DNA from: Candidatus Micrarchaeia archaeon | GTDB lineage: Archaea > Micrarchaeota > Micrarchaeia > Anstonellales > J096 | Assembly: GCA_041500865.1 (NCBI GenBank) | Contig: JBGQMY010000001.1 | Location: 1-64,000, forward strand | DNA: 64,000 bases | Direction of reading: 5' to 3' | In this document: positions 1 to 9,191 of the stretch, piece after piece | How the letters are laid out: each line of letters opens with the position of its first letter | Numbering within the stretch: the stretch's first letter is position 1 | Notes under the pieces: model-generated | What the model saw: only the letters and a program-made list of their open reading frames with translations | Databases searched by the model: none | What the model was told of the DNA's origin: nothing | Position numbers and translations under genes: made by a program

Positions 1-315
1 AAAACTCGTAAGAGGTATATTCTGACCATCACTGCACATATAAATAATAATAGAATCATTTGGTAATAAATTCAAGGAAGAAGGCGTGTATTCGCATGTA
101 TAATAATCATCTGCAACGATACTCAAATTTGTCCAAGTGAAATCATTTCTATTAATCACTGTTGCAGTCATCATTCCTGTTGAACCATAGTTAAAGTGTA
201 CATCTGCCATAAGAGATTTTCCTGATGTAGATGACGAATTACTCCCAGTTAAACCGCAGCAACCCACCAAGAATATTATTCCAACCAACAAAACAATCAG
301 AATCTTTGAGTCCAT
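1..315 (-). CDS. Predicted lipoprotein, partial (runs off window start), AT-rich
   Basis: Manual translation from ATG 315: MDSKILIVLLVGIIFLVGCCGLTGS..., open to base 1; hydrophobic signal with lipobox-like LVGC; not in ORF track. Confidence 0.7.
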   Translation of the reverse strand, partial: MDSKILIVLLVGIIFLVGCCGLTGSNSSSTSGKSLMADVHFNYGSTGMMTATVINRNDFTWTNLSIVADDYYTCEYTPSSLNLLPNDSIIIYMCSDGQNIPLTSF

Positions 316-452
316 AAAATAATTTTATAGTAAAGCATATAAATAAGTATAGTTTTCGGTGGTTTATCTATAAAGTCTGGCTTTTCGTATAAATTAGTGT
401 TACAACCCAACTGAGCGGAAAGGATTAAAAGATATCAGGGCAAAGGCAACTG

Positions 453-1010
453 ATGGACTTATCGGAGCTTCAGGACATAGACTCAAAGGAGAAGGAGGGC
501 TCGGCGCTGCACAACGTGCCAGGCGACTTCTATCCAAGGCTCAAAACGCTCATAAAGGCGAAAAGGGGAGCCATGGACCCGAACAGGATAATAACGATAA
601 GGGAATACGAAAATATACTGATGCTCGCAAACAGGATAATATCAAGGAGGATATCGAAGATATCGTTTTTTGCCTCAAGGGACATGGAGGCGCACAACAT
701 GACCAGCGAGGAGCTTGGGCTGTACGCGACCGTATCCGCGTCCGCAAAGGAGCTCAGGGAATCCGCCTATGTGGAGCCCGTGGCCAATGCGGAGGCGCCC
801 AAGGCAGAGGAGCCGAAGCCAGCCCCGCAGGAAGAGGGCAAGAAGGAGGAAAGGCCGAAGCGCAGGATAAGGATAATAAAGTTCGTTGACGCATACCGCG
901 GCCTTGACAACAGGGAATACGGCCCGTTCAACATAGGCGTGATACTTTCAGAGATGCCAAACGACGAGGCCGAGTGGCTGCTCGGAGAAGGCTATGCGGA
1001 AGAGGTTTAG
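453..1010 (+). CDS. GINS complex subunit (Gins51/Psf1-like)
   Basis: Helical A domain (DFY...RRISKI), charged linker, C-terminal B domain YGPF..G....MP..EAEWL..EGYA. Confidence 0.75.
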   Translation: MDLSELQDIDSKEKEGSALHNVPGDFYPRLKTLIKAKRGAMDPNRIITIREYENILMLANRIISRRISKISFFASRDMEAHNMTSEELGLYATVSASAKELRESAYVEPVANAEAPKAEEPKPAPQEEGKKEERPKRRIRIIKFVDAYRGLDNREYGPFNIGVILSEMPNDEAEWLLGEGYAEEV

Positions 1011-1011
1011 C

Positions 1012-2202
1012 ATGGAAAAAAAGACGCCGGAGTCGCTTGAGGCGCTTATATTCTCAAGGGCAGGGGACGTTTTTTCAGGGAACAGCGACCTTGAGAACGC
1101 CGCATCCTCGTACAGTTCGGCAACCGAGTTCTCAAAATCCCCATATAACCTGGAAAAGGCGGCAATAGCGTATTACAGGCTGGCAAAGAGCCTGGGAAGC
1201 GCGCCGGGCGCCAAGGGATACGCGGAGAAGGCAGAGACGCTTTTCCAGCGCGTGGCGTATGTAGACCCTGCAAGGGTGGACTCGCATTACTACCTGGGCA
1301 TGATATACAGCGAAAGGGGCGACATAAACAAGGCCGCAACCGAGTTCTCCGTTGTATACGACAAGGCCGACGAGCTTTCAGACAGGGCCGTGATGTCCCT
1401 CATTGAATCCTACATTTTCATAAAGGAGGAAAGGTACGAGAAGGAGTCAGAGGCGTATTCCATGCTGGAAGACCCTTTCCTGGCCAGTTTCTACGAGTTC
1501 GTCAAGAAGTATGCGATAGAAACCGACCTAGAGAGCCGGCTGAAGGACAGGTACAGGACAGACAATCCGTACAGCGCCCTGGCGATGGAGATAAACGGGC
1601 TGCACAAGAGGTATTTCATGGACGAGGCCATGCGCAAGAGGATACCAAACCCGGTTTCCCGCTTCGCTGTCATGATATCCGCGATGTTCGGGAAGGAAGG
1701 CTCGGAGGAGGACGCAATAGCCATCTTCTCAAAGCCCGAATCCGCCGACCTGAGGAAGCTGCCGCCGTACACCAGAGGAGTGGTAACTGACTTCCTTTCC
1801 CGCTTCGGGCTTACGCCGAACTCGTTCAAGATGCCTTACATGATACAGAAGGACATCCACACGATTGAGAGGCTTATACTGCTGATATCGGACCTGCGGG
1901 ACGAGACGCTGGACAAGCACGGCATAAGGCGCAGGCTCGCCGAGCTCATGGACTCCCTTCCGGCAAACCTGCGGCAGTCCTACCTCGGGTTCTTCGAGTC
2001 GCTTGAGTTCAAGTCGTTCGACGAGATATACAACGGGCTGTCAAAGCTCAGGCTCGAGCTCCTTGAATCCATATTCAAAAGGCTTAGGGCGTTCTATCCA
2101 AAAACGGAGACGTCGCGCCTGTTCAGGATGATAGTCTCCTCGCTCAAGATGAAGGAGGACGAGAAGATAAGGATAATCGACAGGCTGGAGTATATTGACT
2201 GA
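1012..2202 (+). CDS. TPR-containing hypothetical protein
   Basis: TPR-like DPARVDSHYYLGMIYSERGDINKA; ATG 1012 follows GINS stop by 1 nt. Confidence 0.65.
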   Translation: MEKKTPESLEALIFSRAGDVFSGNSDLENAASSYSSATEFSKSPYNLEKAAIAYYRLAKSLGSAPGAKGYAEKAETLFQRVAYVDPARVDSHYYLGMIYSERGDINKAATEFSVVYDKADELSDRAVMSLIESYIFIKEERYEKESEAYSMLEDPFLASFYEFVKKYAIETDLESRLKDRYRTDNPYSALAMEINGLHKRYFMDEAMRKRIPNPVSRFAVMISAMFGKEGSEEDAIAIFSKPESADLRKLPPYTRGVVTDFLSRFGLTPNSFKMPYMIQKDIHTIERLILLISDLRDETLDKHGIRRRLAELMDSLPANLRQSYLGFFESLEFKSFDEIYNGLSKLRLELLESIFKRLRAFYPKTETSRLFRMIVSSLKMKEDEKIRIIDRLEYID

Positions 2203-2334
2203 TTGCCGCCGCATTAGTCAAGAAGCACCTCCTTTCCGGGCGACGATGCCGCATAGGCTGCACCGCCAATAGAGGCTGCGTTCAATTATCCGCGCTCGTC
2301 CGCATTACTGCTGCGGCGGCATGTTGTTGCCTGA

Positions 2335-3480
2335 TTACGAAGGCGTACCGTTGCCCCCGGACTGTGTTGGCATGTTGCACCTGAGGCCCATGATGCATCC
2401 GGTCTGCCCGTTGCGGCTATACTCAACATTGCCCTGGTTGGCCCAGCAGTCCGCATTCTGGCTGACAAGCGTCTCGTTTACCGCGCAGCCCGTTGCCTGG
2501 TTGCCTATTATGTTCCTTCTTGCGCGCTCCGCGTTCGTTATGCAGTCGTACGAGGTCACGCACCCTTGCTTGTCCTTTGTCGTTTCCAGGCTATTGCCCT
2601 GGCTGTTGCATACATTGTAGTCATCATGGCTCGGCGCTGCAACTGTTGGGCAAGTAATTGGGGCCAGGCATTGCGGATAATAAACGATTGGCGCGGCTTC
2701 CCTGGAAACGCTGCTTATGCCCCATTGGAACCCCTGGTTCCCTGCCATCCTGGCGCTTGCGACAAACGAGAGGTTTGCATCCTCCAAAACGCCGATGCAT
2801 GCCACCACCTGCCCGTCCATAGAACTTGTCTTTGCAGAAATTGTTATGTTCTTGCATTTGATGCCTGCAACGCTGTCCATGCCGCCGGCAATGATTGAAT
2901 AGTCGCCGTTGGTCTGCATCGCCGCCACGCCCGTCAGCAGCACAGGCATCGTGCCATTCCATATCTCGCTTGACCGGATGCTCTTTCCGCCGATTGCGGC
3001 AATCGTCTGCGGCCAAAACGCCACATCAAGGCTGTTGATGTACGGCTTTGCCGTGTTGAACGCAAGGTCAGATTCGCCGATTCCGTCCGAATAGGCGGCC
3101 TCGCCGGAATCCAGATACACCGTTAGCTTGGTATATCCCATATTGTTGTTGCTAGTCATATCAGTAACTTTCATGAACCCATTAATCGCGGGCCTCCCGC
3201 TGCATGTCGCATTTGCCGTTAGATAATAGTCAATGCCCAGCTGCTGCGGCTGGCCTTGAGAGCCTGAGCCCGTTGAGAGATTGTATGACAGGTGGATTGG
3301 CCTGAATGGCACAGCCGGCGGGGCAACGCTTGTGTTTTTCGCTGTCTCATTCTTTATTGTTTCGTTCACAGAAACATTCTGCGTGGCATTTTGTCCCTGC
3401 GGCGCAGGAGTCGGGGATGTCACGCATCCGAAAAGGAGCATAGTCGCTACCAATATGGCAAGCACAATTGATTTTCCCAT
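2335..3480 (-). CDS. Surface lipoprotein with Cys-rich C-terminal repeats
   Basis: Signal peptide + LFGC lipobox, Pro/Thr linker, many N-x-S/T sequons, two C...G...GC...C repeats. Confidence 0.75.
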   Translation of the reverse strand: MGKSIVLAILVATMLLFGCVTSPTPAPQGQNATQNVSVNETIKNETAKNTSVAPPAVPFRPIHLSYNLSTGSGSQGQPQQLGIDYYLTANATCSGRPAINGFMKVTDMTSNNNMGYTKLTVYLDSGEAAYSDGIGESDLAFNTAKPYINSLDVAFWPQTIAAIGGKSIRSSEIWNGTMPVLLTGVAAMQTNGDYSIIAGGMDSVAGIKCKNITISAKTSSMDGQVVACIGVLEDANLSFVASARMAGNQGFQWGISSVSREAAPIVYYPQCLAPITCPTVAAPSHDDYNVCNSQGNSLETTKDKQGCVTSYDCITNAERARRNIIGNQATGCAVNETLVSQNADCWANQGNVEYSRNGQTGCIMGLRCNMPTQSGGNGTPS

Positions 3481-3595
3481 GAAATCACTGATGGCAGAGC
3501 AACCTTAATAAGGTTTTGCCGGTTTCGCACACATCCGTATTGTCTTGCACACCGCCAGCCATGGCTATGAGGTGCATCTGTAAGCTATGATCCAA

Positions 3596-4348
3596 TCAGG
3601 ACCGTTCCACGGAAGAATGGCACCTGTTGCTCACAATTGCGTCCTTTACCGCTTCCTTGCTCAGGTTTTCCAGCTCGCATATGTCATACATGGCCCATAA
3701 GTCCCCTTTGGCATGGGCGTCGGAGTCAAAAACGCAGGGAACGTTGATTTTTTTCCTGATATTTTCTGATTCCACCCATTGCGCAGGCGTGTAGCCAGGG
3801 GCGTCGCACTCCATCGCATCAAACATTGTCAGGTCGTCCGCGCTGATTTTCTTCAGCCAGTTGTTGGGCAATGTCGTCATGGGATGGGCGGCTATGGCTA
3901 TCCCGCCCTGCGCATGTATCCTCCTTATTGATTCGGACAATGACAGGTCGCCAGTGCAGGGCGGCTCATCGCTTTTTCCAGTATCGTTGTTTTTGCCGCA
4001 CTCCTGTTCCGCAGGGTCCTTTGCTATGTCTATTGCGAGTATGTGCCCGTTCGGGGTTGTGAATTCCATTGAAGGAATGCAGAGCAGGCGCGTCTCGTTC
4101 CTGCACCTTTCCATGTAATCCTGGCAGACCCTGTGGTCCGTAATCGCTATGAACTTGAAGCCTAGCTTCACTGATTCCTCAACCATCTCGTCGTATGTGT
4201 TTGCCCCGTCGGAGCAGGTGGTGTGCATGTGCAGGTTGCCTGCATACTGGTTTTTGTCAAGCGGCTTTGGGGCTGCCAGGCTGGCCAATGCGATTATGCC
4301 CAATATCAGGACAATGGCGATGAGCGCATATTTGAGGTATCTCATCAT
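3596..4348 (-). CDS. Membrane-anchored PHP-domain phosphoesterase
   Basis: N-terminal TM; HMHT..SDG, AITDH, GHIL, AAHP, SDAH motifs. Confidence 0.85.
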   Translation of the reverse strand: MMRYLKYALIAIVLILGIIALASLAAPKPLDKNQYAGNLHMHTTCSDGANTYDEMVEESVKLGFKFIAITDHRVCQDYMERCRNETRLLCIPSMEFTTPNGHILAIDIAKDPAEQECGKNNDTGKSDEPPCTGDLSLSESIRRIHAQGGIAIAAHPMTTLPNNWLKKISADDLTMFDAMECDAPGYTPAQWVESENIRKKINVPCVFDSDAHAKGDLWAMYDICELENLSKEAVKDAIVSNRCHSSVERS

Positions 4349-4450
4349 GCCATATGTGGCTTGGCAACCTTAATAAGGCTTTCATGTTCAGCGCGCCTGC
4401 AAGGCTTTTTCCCCAGGCCCATTAATATTAAAATCCATCCTTTTCAACAG

Positions 4451-5272
4451 ATGGCAATGGACCTTATCTCAATACTGGTATTGGGGCTTGTGCAGGGCAT
4501 CACTGAATGGGTCCCAGTAAGCTCAAAGACGCAGGACACGGTCGTTTATTTGACGTTTTTAGGGGGCAATCCGTCATCTGTCGTCCCCATCCTGCTTTAT
4601 CTGCATATAGGCACGCTTCTTGCTGCCATCATATATTTCCGCAAGGAGCTGCATGAAATGCTGCTTTCTTTCGCAAAAGGGCCAACTGACGCCAAAACCT
4701 ATACGGACGGCAAGCCCGGCTTTTTGCTGGCAGCGCTGATTGGGACAGGCATTGTCGGCTTTCCGCTGCTGCTCATTGAGAAGGAATTCCTTCCAACGCT
4801 GAACGGGGGCCTGCTGTTCGCTGTCATGGGAATTGGCCTTTTGCTCACTGGGTTTCTGCTTCTGAGGCAGAAGGCCGGCTCAATGATGCGCACTGCCGGC
4901 AGCGTGACCTGGCTTGACGGGCTTTTCACCGGCCTGTTGCAGGGCCTGAGCATACTTCCGGGCGTTTCGCGCGCAGGGACAAGCGCAACAGGGCTGATAT
5001 GGCGCGGATTTGACAGCGAAAGCAGCTTCAACCTTAGCTTCCTGCTTAGCATCCCGACGGTGGTGTTTGCCGAACTGGTCTTTTACATTGGCGGAAGCGG
5101 CATTCAGTCCTTCCCGGTTTTGGACGGCATCCTGCTGGCGCTGTCCAGCCTGGTTTTCGGTTACCTGACGCTTGACGCCATCCTGAAGGTCGTGAAAAAG
5201 GTGAACCTTGCATACGTAGCGTTTGCCCTTGGCATTATAATAATAGCCGCAGGGCTGCTCGGCGCTGGATGA
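4451..5272 (+). CDS. uppP: Undecaprenyl-diphosphate phosphatase (BacA/UppP family)
   Basis: GLVQGITEWVPVSS and PGVSRAG motifs; polytopic; start moved to ATG 4451. Confidence 0.85.
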   Translation: MAMDLISILVLGLVQGITEWVPVSSKTQDTVVYLTFLGGNPSSVVPILLYLHIGTLLAAIIYFRKELHEMLLSFAKGPTDAKTYTDGKPGFLLAALIGTGIVGFPLLLIEKEFLPTLNGGLLFAVMGIGLLLTGFLLLRQKAGSMMRTAGSVTWLDGLFTGLLQGLSILPGVSRAGTSATGLIWRGFDSESSFNLSFLLSIPTVVFAELVFYIGGSGIQSFPVLDGILLALSSLVFGYLTLDAILKVVKKVNLAYVAFALGIIIIAAGLLGAG

Positions 5273-5334
5273 CTGGCTAGCTGGATTGTTAGTTGCCTCA
5301 GACCTTATATTTGGTCTAATCTTGATGGGCTTTA

Positions 5335-6294
5335 TCAACCCAAAACCGCATTGAATATATAGCCGGTTGCCACGAACGAAAGAAACAGCACCAGCGCAAA
5401 CACAGCCAGGAGCTTCGGTTTCAGCACCTTCCTCAATATTATCATCTCTGGCAGCGAAAGGCCGATGACGCTCATCATGAACGCAAGTGCAGTGCCCATT
5501 GCCATGCCCTTGGATATCAATACGCCGACTATCGGCACCATCCCTGCCGCATTTGAGTAAAGAGGTATTCCGACTATAACTGCGAGCGGAACTGCCAACG
5601 GATTGGATTTGCCAGCAACCGATGCAAGGAAATCCGCAGGCGCATACCCATGGATGAGCCCGCCGATTGCGATGCCAAAAAGCAAATAGGGCAGCACTTT
5701 GATCGTTATATCCCTGGATTCTGAAATCCCGAACCCAAGCCTTTGCCTCCACCCCATCTGGCCTTCAACCGCATTCTTCGCCTTTATTTTGTAAACGAAA
5801 CTCTCAATTTCATTCTCCAGCTTGAGCCTTCCGATGGCGATGCCAGCGACTATCGCTATTGCCAACCCGCTGATTATGTAAAGCGCGGCAATCTGCCAGC
5901 CGAACATCGCAAAAAGCATGGTTGCCGCAATCTCGTTTATCAGCGGTGAAGCAATCAGGAAAGAAAAGGTCACTCCAAGGGGCACTCCGGCCTCGACGAA
6001 TCCGATGAAAAGCGGCACTGCGGAGCAGGAGCAAAAAGGGGTAGGCACGCCCAAAAGCGCGGCAAGCACGTTTCCAATGCCTTCGCTTTTGCCTCCGAGC
6101 CATTTCTTCACTTTTTCAGGAGTGATGAAAGTGCGCACAACTCCGACTAAGAAGATAATGACGGCCAGCATGAGCGTCACTTTTATTGAGTCATATATGA
6201 AGAAATTGGCCGCAGCCCCAATCTGGCTGTCTTTGGCCAAGCCAAGAACAGAGTAACTAATCCAATCTGCGAATTCCTGGAGCATAATATCCAT
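5335..6294 (-). CDS. ArsP-family (DUF318) permease
   Basis: TPFCSCSAVP motif, polytopic, directly downstream of arsR. Confidence 0.85.
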   Translation of the reverse strand: MDIMLQEFADWISYSVLGLAKDSQIGAAANFFIYDSIKVTLMLAVIIFLVGVVRTFITPEKVKKWLGGKSEGIGNVLAALLGVPTPFCSCSAVPLFIGFVEAGVPLGVTFSFLIASPLINEIAATMLFAMFGWQIAALYIISGLAIAIVAGIAIGRLKLENEIESFVYKIKAKNAVEGQMGWRQRLGFGISESRDITIKVLPYLLFGIAIGGLIHGYAPADFLASVAGKSNPLAVPLAVIVGIPLYSNAAGMVPIVGVLISKGMAMGTALAFMMSVIGLSLPEMIILRKVLKPKLLAVFALVLFLSFVATGYIFNAVLG

Positions 6295-6543
6295 CTACCA
6301 TCTTGAGATGTCAGCAAGAACATGCCTGCCTTTTTGCGAAGCCGAATAGAGCCGCTTGGCGCCCAATTTCCTCATGCTGGCCAGTTTCGCCCTTAGAAGG
6401 ACTTTCAGGTGCTGGGAAACGGCTGGCTGGCTGATTCCTACACGGCTAGGAAGTTCGCAGGCGCATACCTCGCCATGCATTATTTCATTGAGCAGTTTTA
6501 GGCGGGTTTCGTCGGCAATGGCCTTGATTACTTCACTATTCAT
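6295..6543 (-). CDS. arsR: ArsR/SmtB transcriptional repressor
   Basis: KAIADETRLKLL, EVCACEL, SQPAVSQHLKVL. Confidence 0.9.
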   Translation of the reverse strand: MNSEVIKAIADETRLKLLNEIMHGEVCACELPSRVGISQPAVSQHLKVLLRAKLASMRKLGAKRLYSASQKGRHVLADISRW

Positions 6544-6544
6544 G

Positions 6545-6564
6545 ATATAAGTAGATACTTATAT
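6545..6564. promoter_or_regulatory. Probable ArsR operator (9-2-9 inverted repeat)
   Basis: ATATAAGTA-GA-TACTTATAT immediately upstream of the arsR ATG. Confidence 0.7.
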
Positions 6565-6597
6565 ATTTAAAAATGCACCAACCGGGATAATGATTTT

Positions 6598-6653
6598 GCC
6601 TCAGACCGCACGTCACTCATCATGAATCAGAGATCACCTTGATCATCATCGGC
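6598..6653 (-). ncRNA. Box C/D guide sRNA (predicted 16S rRNA targets)
   Basis: Minus strand gccg-ATGATGA(C)-tcaaggtgatct-CTGA(D')-ttc-ATGATGA(C')-gtgacgtgcggt-CTGA(D)-ggc; two 12-nt guides, terminal gcc/ggc stem, TTATATA box ~24 nt upstream. Confidence 0.92.
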
Positions 6654-6724
6654 AACCATATCCTTGGGGCGAATAATATATAAGCATAAATGCATGACTT
6701 TATGCTTTCTTTTGAACCCAAGGG

Positions 6725-6746
6725 CCTTTTCTTTGCAAAGAAAAGG
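6725..6746. terminator. Perfect 22-bp palindrome downstream of the six-gene membrane operon (candidate terminator or binding site)
   Basis: CCTTTTCTTTGCAAAGAAAAGG, 20 nt after stop at 6767. Confidence 0.45.
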
Positions 6747-6766
6747 GGCTTTCATCGGCAAAACTA

Positions 6767-7810
6767 TTACACTAATCTGAAAATGCCCCTGCCTATCTCG
6801 GAAATCCTGCCCCCGAGGATGCTCGTCGTTATCTGTATGAACGTCATCATTATGGCGAACGCGGCAAGGGGCGTGAGGCACATGGTCATCATGGTCCTTG
6901 AAACGCCTTCAACGAAGAACCCGGAAGCGCCGCCAAGTATGTACTTGACGACGAACTCAACCACGCGCGCTGAAGTATAAATGAAGTTGACCGGAAGCGC
7001 CACCGGGTTGTCCATGGCTATGCCGAACGTCTTCTCAAGGCTCCCTATGCCGGAAACGTCCTTCATCTCGTCCGTCATCTTGCAAAGCTGCCCCGTGTCC
7101 TCGTAGAAACTGCCGAGCATCATCATGTAGGCTATCGGGAACACGAGCGTGGCGCCTATGCCCATGGCAATCAGGAAGGCGCCGGCGCTCCTGGTCGGCG
7201 CAAAGGCCCTGAGCCCTATGCCGGCCGCTATGAGGATGGGGCCGAATGCGTTCATGAAGGCCAGCACCTTGACAGTGAAGATGAGCAGTATGTATGCGTT
7301 GAGGGCCTGCAGGTAAAGGTTCTGGAACGTGGTCACGAAAGCGTCAGTAGGCGCGCCGGTAAGCTCGAGGTTGGCGCCCTGGATGCCGTAAAGGCCGCTG
7401 AACATGGAGTAGAACATCATCATGGACTGCATGTACTTTTCCACGCATCCGCGGACGTTGTCCCCATAGATTATCTTGGCGACTATCTGGGAAGGCGACA
7501 CCGTGCAGCTAAGCAGGCTGCAAGACGATATCTTTGCCTGGAAGTCCTGGTCCGCGAAAGACATGTGCTGGTAATCCATGACCTTTTCCGCATAGAGCAC
7601 GCCGAAGTAGTTGCCGAACTGCATCAGCGGAAAGAATATGAAGAGCGCGAGCGCAATGTTCAGCGCTGATTCAAGCAGCTCGCCCTTCACCATCCTCTCG
7701 GCCTCGGCTATCTGGAATATCTTGGACAGCTGGTAGAGGATTGCCGCCCCGACTATGCCTATAAGGGAGATTATTATGGTAACAATCTGCCATGTCTGCA
7801 ATGAATCCAT
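6767..7810 (-). CDS. CedA/VirB6(TrbL)-like polytopic membrane protein, paralogue 6
   Basis: LRAFAPTRSAGAFLIAMGIG..LVFP motif; C-term ILGGRISEIGRGIFRLV. Confidence 0.6.
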   Translation of the reverse strand: MDSLQTWQIVTIIISLIGIVGAAILYQLSKIFQIAEAERMVKGELLESALNIALALFIFFPLMQFGNYFGVLYAEKVMDYQHMSFADQDFQAKISSCSLLSCTVSPSQIVAKIIYGDNVRGCVEKYMQSMMMFYSMFSGLYGIQGANLELTGAPTDAFVTTFQNLYLQALNAYILLIFTVKVLAFMNAFGPILIAAGIGLRAFAPTRSAGAFLIAMGIGATLVFPIAYMMMLGSFYEDTGQLCKMTDEMKDVSGIGSLEKTFGIAMDNPVALPVNFIYTSARVVEFVVKYILGGASGFFVEGVSRTMMTMCLTPLAAFAIMMTFIQITTSILGGRISEIGRGIFRLV

Positions 7811-7811
7811 G

Positions 7812-9191
7812 TCATATCAGCCTCGAAAGGTTGGAGACGTCTATCTCCTCGCCCAATGTGGACGACATGTACTTCACTCCGCTGATGAGGATTATGCTCA
7901 CTATGAGGGGATATATCGTGCCGCCGAAGCATAGCACGCCACCTCCGGTCGTAAGCACTATTATCTCGAACATGGCCCCGAAAAACGAGAACACCAGGTA
8001 TACGAGTTTTTGGATTAATCCCACTATTCCGCCCTGGGAGTCCTGGGTGCCAGTGGAGGCCTGGCCATTGAGGTTCTGGTTGTCTGCAAGGCCTTGGCCG
8101 TTGTCGGTAGCCGTAAAGGCACCGTTATCGTAAGTGTTTTGCGAATTGGAGGCCGCCGCATCAGTCAGGGCCAATGCAGCGAAACGTTCTGCAAGCCCGC
8201 TGAACCCCGTTGTCAGCACCTTGAGATTTGGCGTCGGTACGCCCCCAAGGGCGCCGGCCCCCGGCTCATAATAGATTGGAAAATAGTTCTTCGCAATCAC
8301 GCTGTGGCCTATCGCAAACAGGAACGGCACCATCACGCCCATGCCGAACGTAAGCGCTATCAGCGTGCCGCCTATGCGGCGCGTTGGCGCGAAGAAACGC
8401 AGCACGATGCCCAGCGGAAGCAGGTATGCCACAAACCCGTATGTGACAAGCTCGTGTATGTATGCCATCAGGGAGGCCAGGCCCGACGTCACCACGACTA
8501 TCATGCCGGCGTTGGAGGACGTGCCGAGCGTCGCGTCGTCGCCGCCTGAGCCGAAGCCCCCTGTGGACTGGACGAACACGCTCTGCGTTATCTGCGTTCC
8601 AAGTATCAGCTTCTGGCCGACGCCGTTGATAAGGTAGAGCCCAATGCTGAATATTGTGAGCGACGCCATTATGTCCTTCGGATAGGCGAAGGCGGCCTGG
8701 TACGTGGTCACGCCGGGCTCGAAGGGGTTGTAACACCCTATGACTTTCATCAGCGGCAGGAGCAGGACAAGCACCACGAATATCGTGACTCCTATCTCAA
8801 AGAGCTCGTTCTTGGCGTATTCGACCCACCTCTTGTTGTCAAGCAGCTTGCCAAGCATGAACATGAACGCAATGAAGAGCGCGCCGGCCACTGCCGCAAG
8901 CAACGAAAGCGAAAAAATGTTGACGTTGAAGGCGAACACGTCGAGCAGGGAATTGCCCGTTGACGCGCACATCTTGCTCTGCATTATCGCATCGCCCGGA
9001 AGCGGAAGCAGGGAGTTCGCGACTATCGTCATTACATTGTTTATGAGGCCGTTGAACGTGTCCGTTATGGCGCTGAATGTGCCCGGGTCCGCGAACGGGT
9101 CCGTCTGTGCCGGCGCCTGCTGCGCAAATGATATGCAAACCAGCAGAAGCGGAACCAGGAAAACGGCCAGGCTTTTTTTCATGTGCATCAC
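7812..9191 (-). CDS. CedA/VirB6-like polytopic membrane protein, paralogue 5 (signal peptide)
   Basis: ISFA-QQAP signal; LPLGIVLRFFAPTRRIGGTLIAL; C-term LGEEIDVSNLSRLI. Confidence 0.6.
   Translation of the reverse strand: MMHMKKSLAVFLVPLLLVCISFAQQAPAQTDPFADPGTFSAITDTFNGLINNVMTIVANSLLPLPGDAIMQSKMCASTGNSLLDVFAFNVNIFSLSLLAAVAGALFIAFMFMLGKLLDNKRWVEYAKNELFEIGVTIFVVLVLLLPLMKVIGCYNPFEPGVTTYQAAFAYPKDIMASLTIFSIGLYLINGVGQKLILGTQITQSVFVQSTGGFGSGGDDATLGTSSNAGMIVVVTSGLASLMAYIHELVTYGFVAYLLPLGIVLRFFAPTRRIGGTLIALTFGMGVMVPFLFAIGHSVIAKNYFPIYYEPGAGALGGVPTPNLKVLTTGFSGLAERFAALALTDAAASNSQNTYDNGAFTATDNGQGLADNQNLNGQASTGTQDSQGGIVGLIQKLVYLVFSFFGAMFEIIVLTTGGGVLCFGGTIYPLIVSIILISGVKYMSSTLGEEIDVSNLSRLI

Noticed and set aside
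2204..2321. 5S rRNA or SRP RNA
   Set aside because: Size fits 5S but the conserved CCGAAC loop is absent; only partial resemblance to SRP helix 8. Kept only as an unexplained element
5273..5340. Possible second C/D sRNA (TTGATAA...CTGA on the minus strand)
   Set aside because: Degenerate C box, no internal D'/C' pair, too short for two guides
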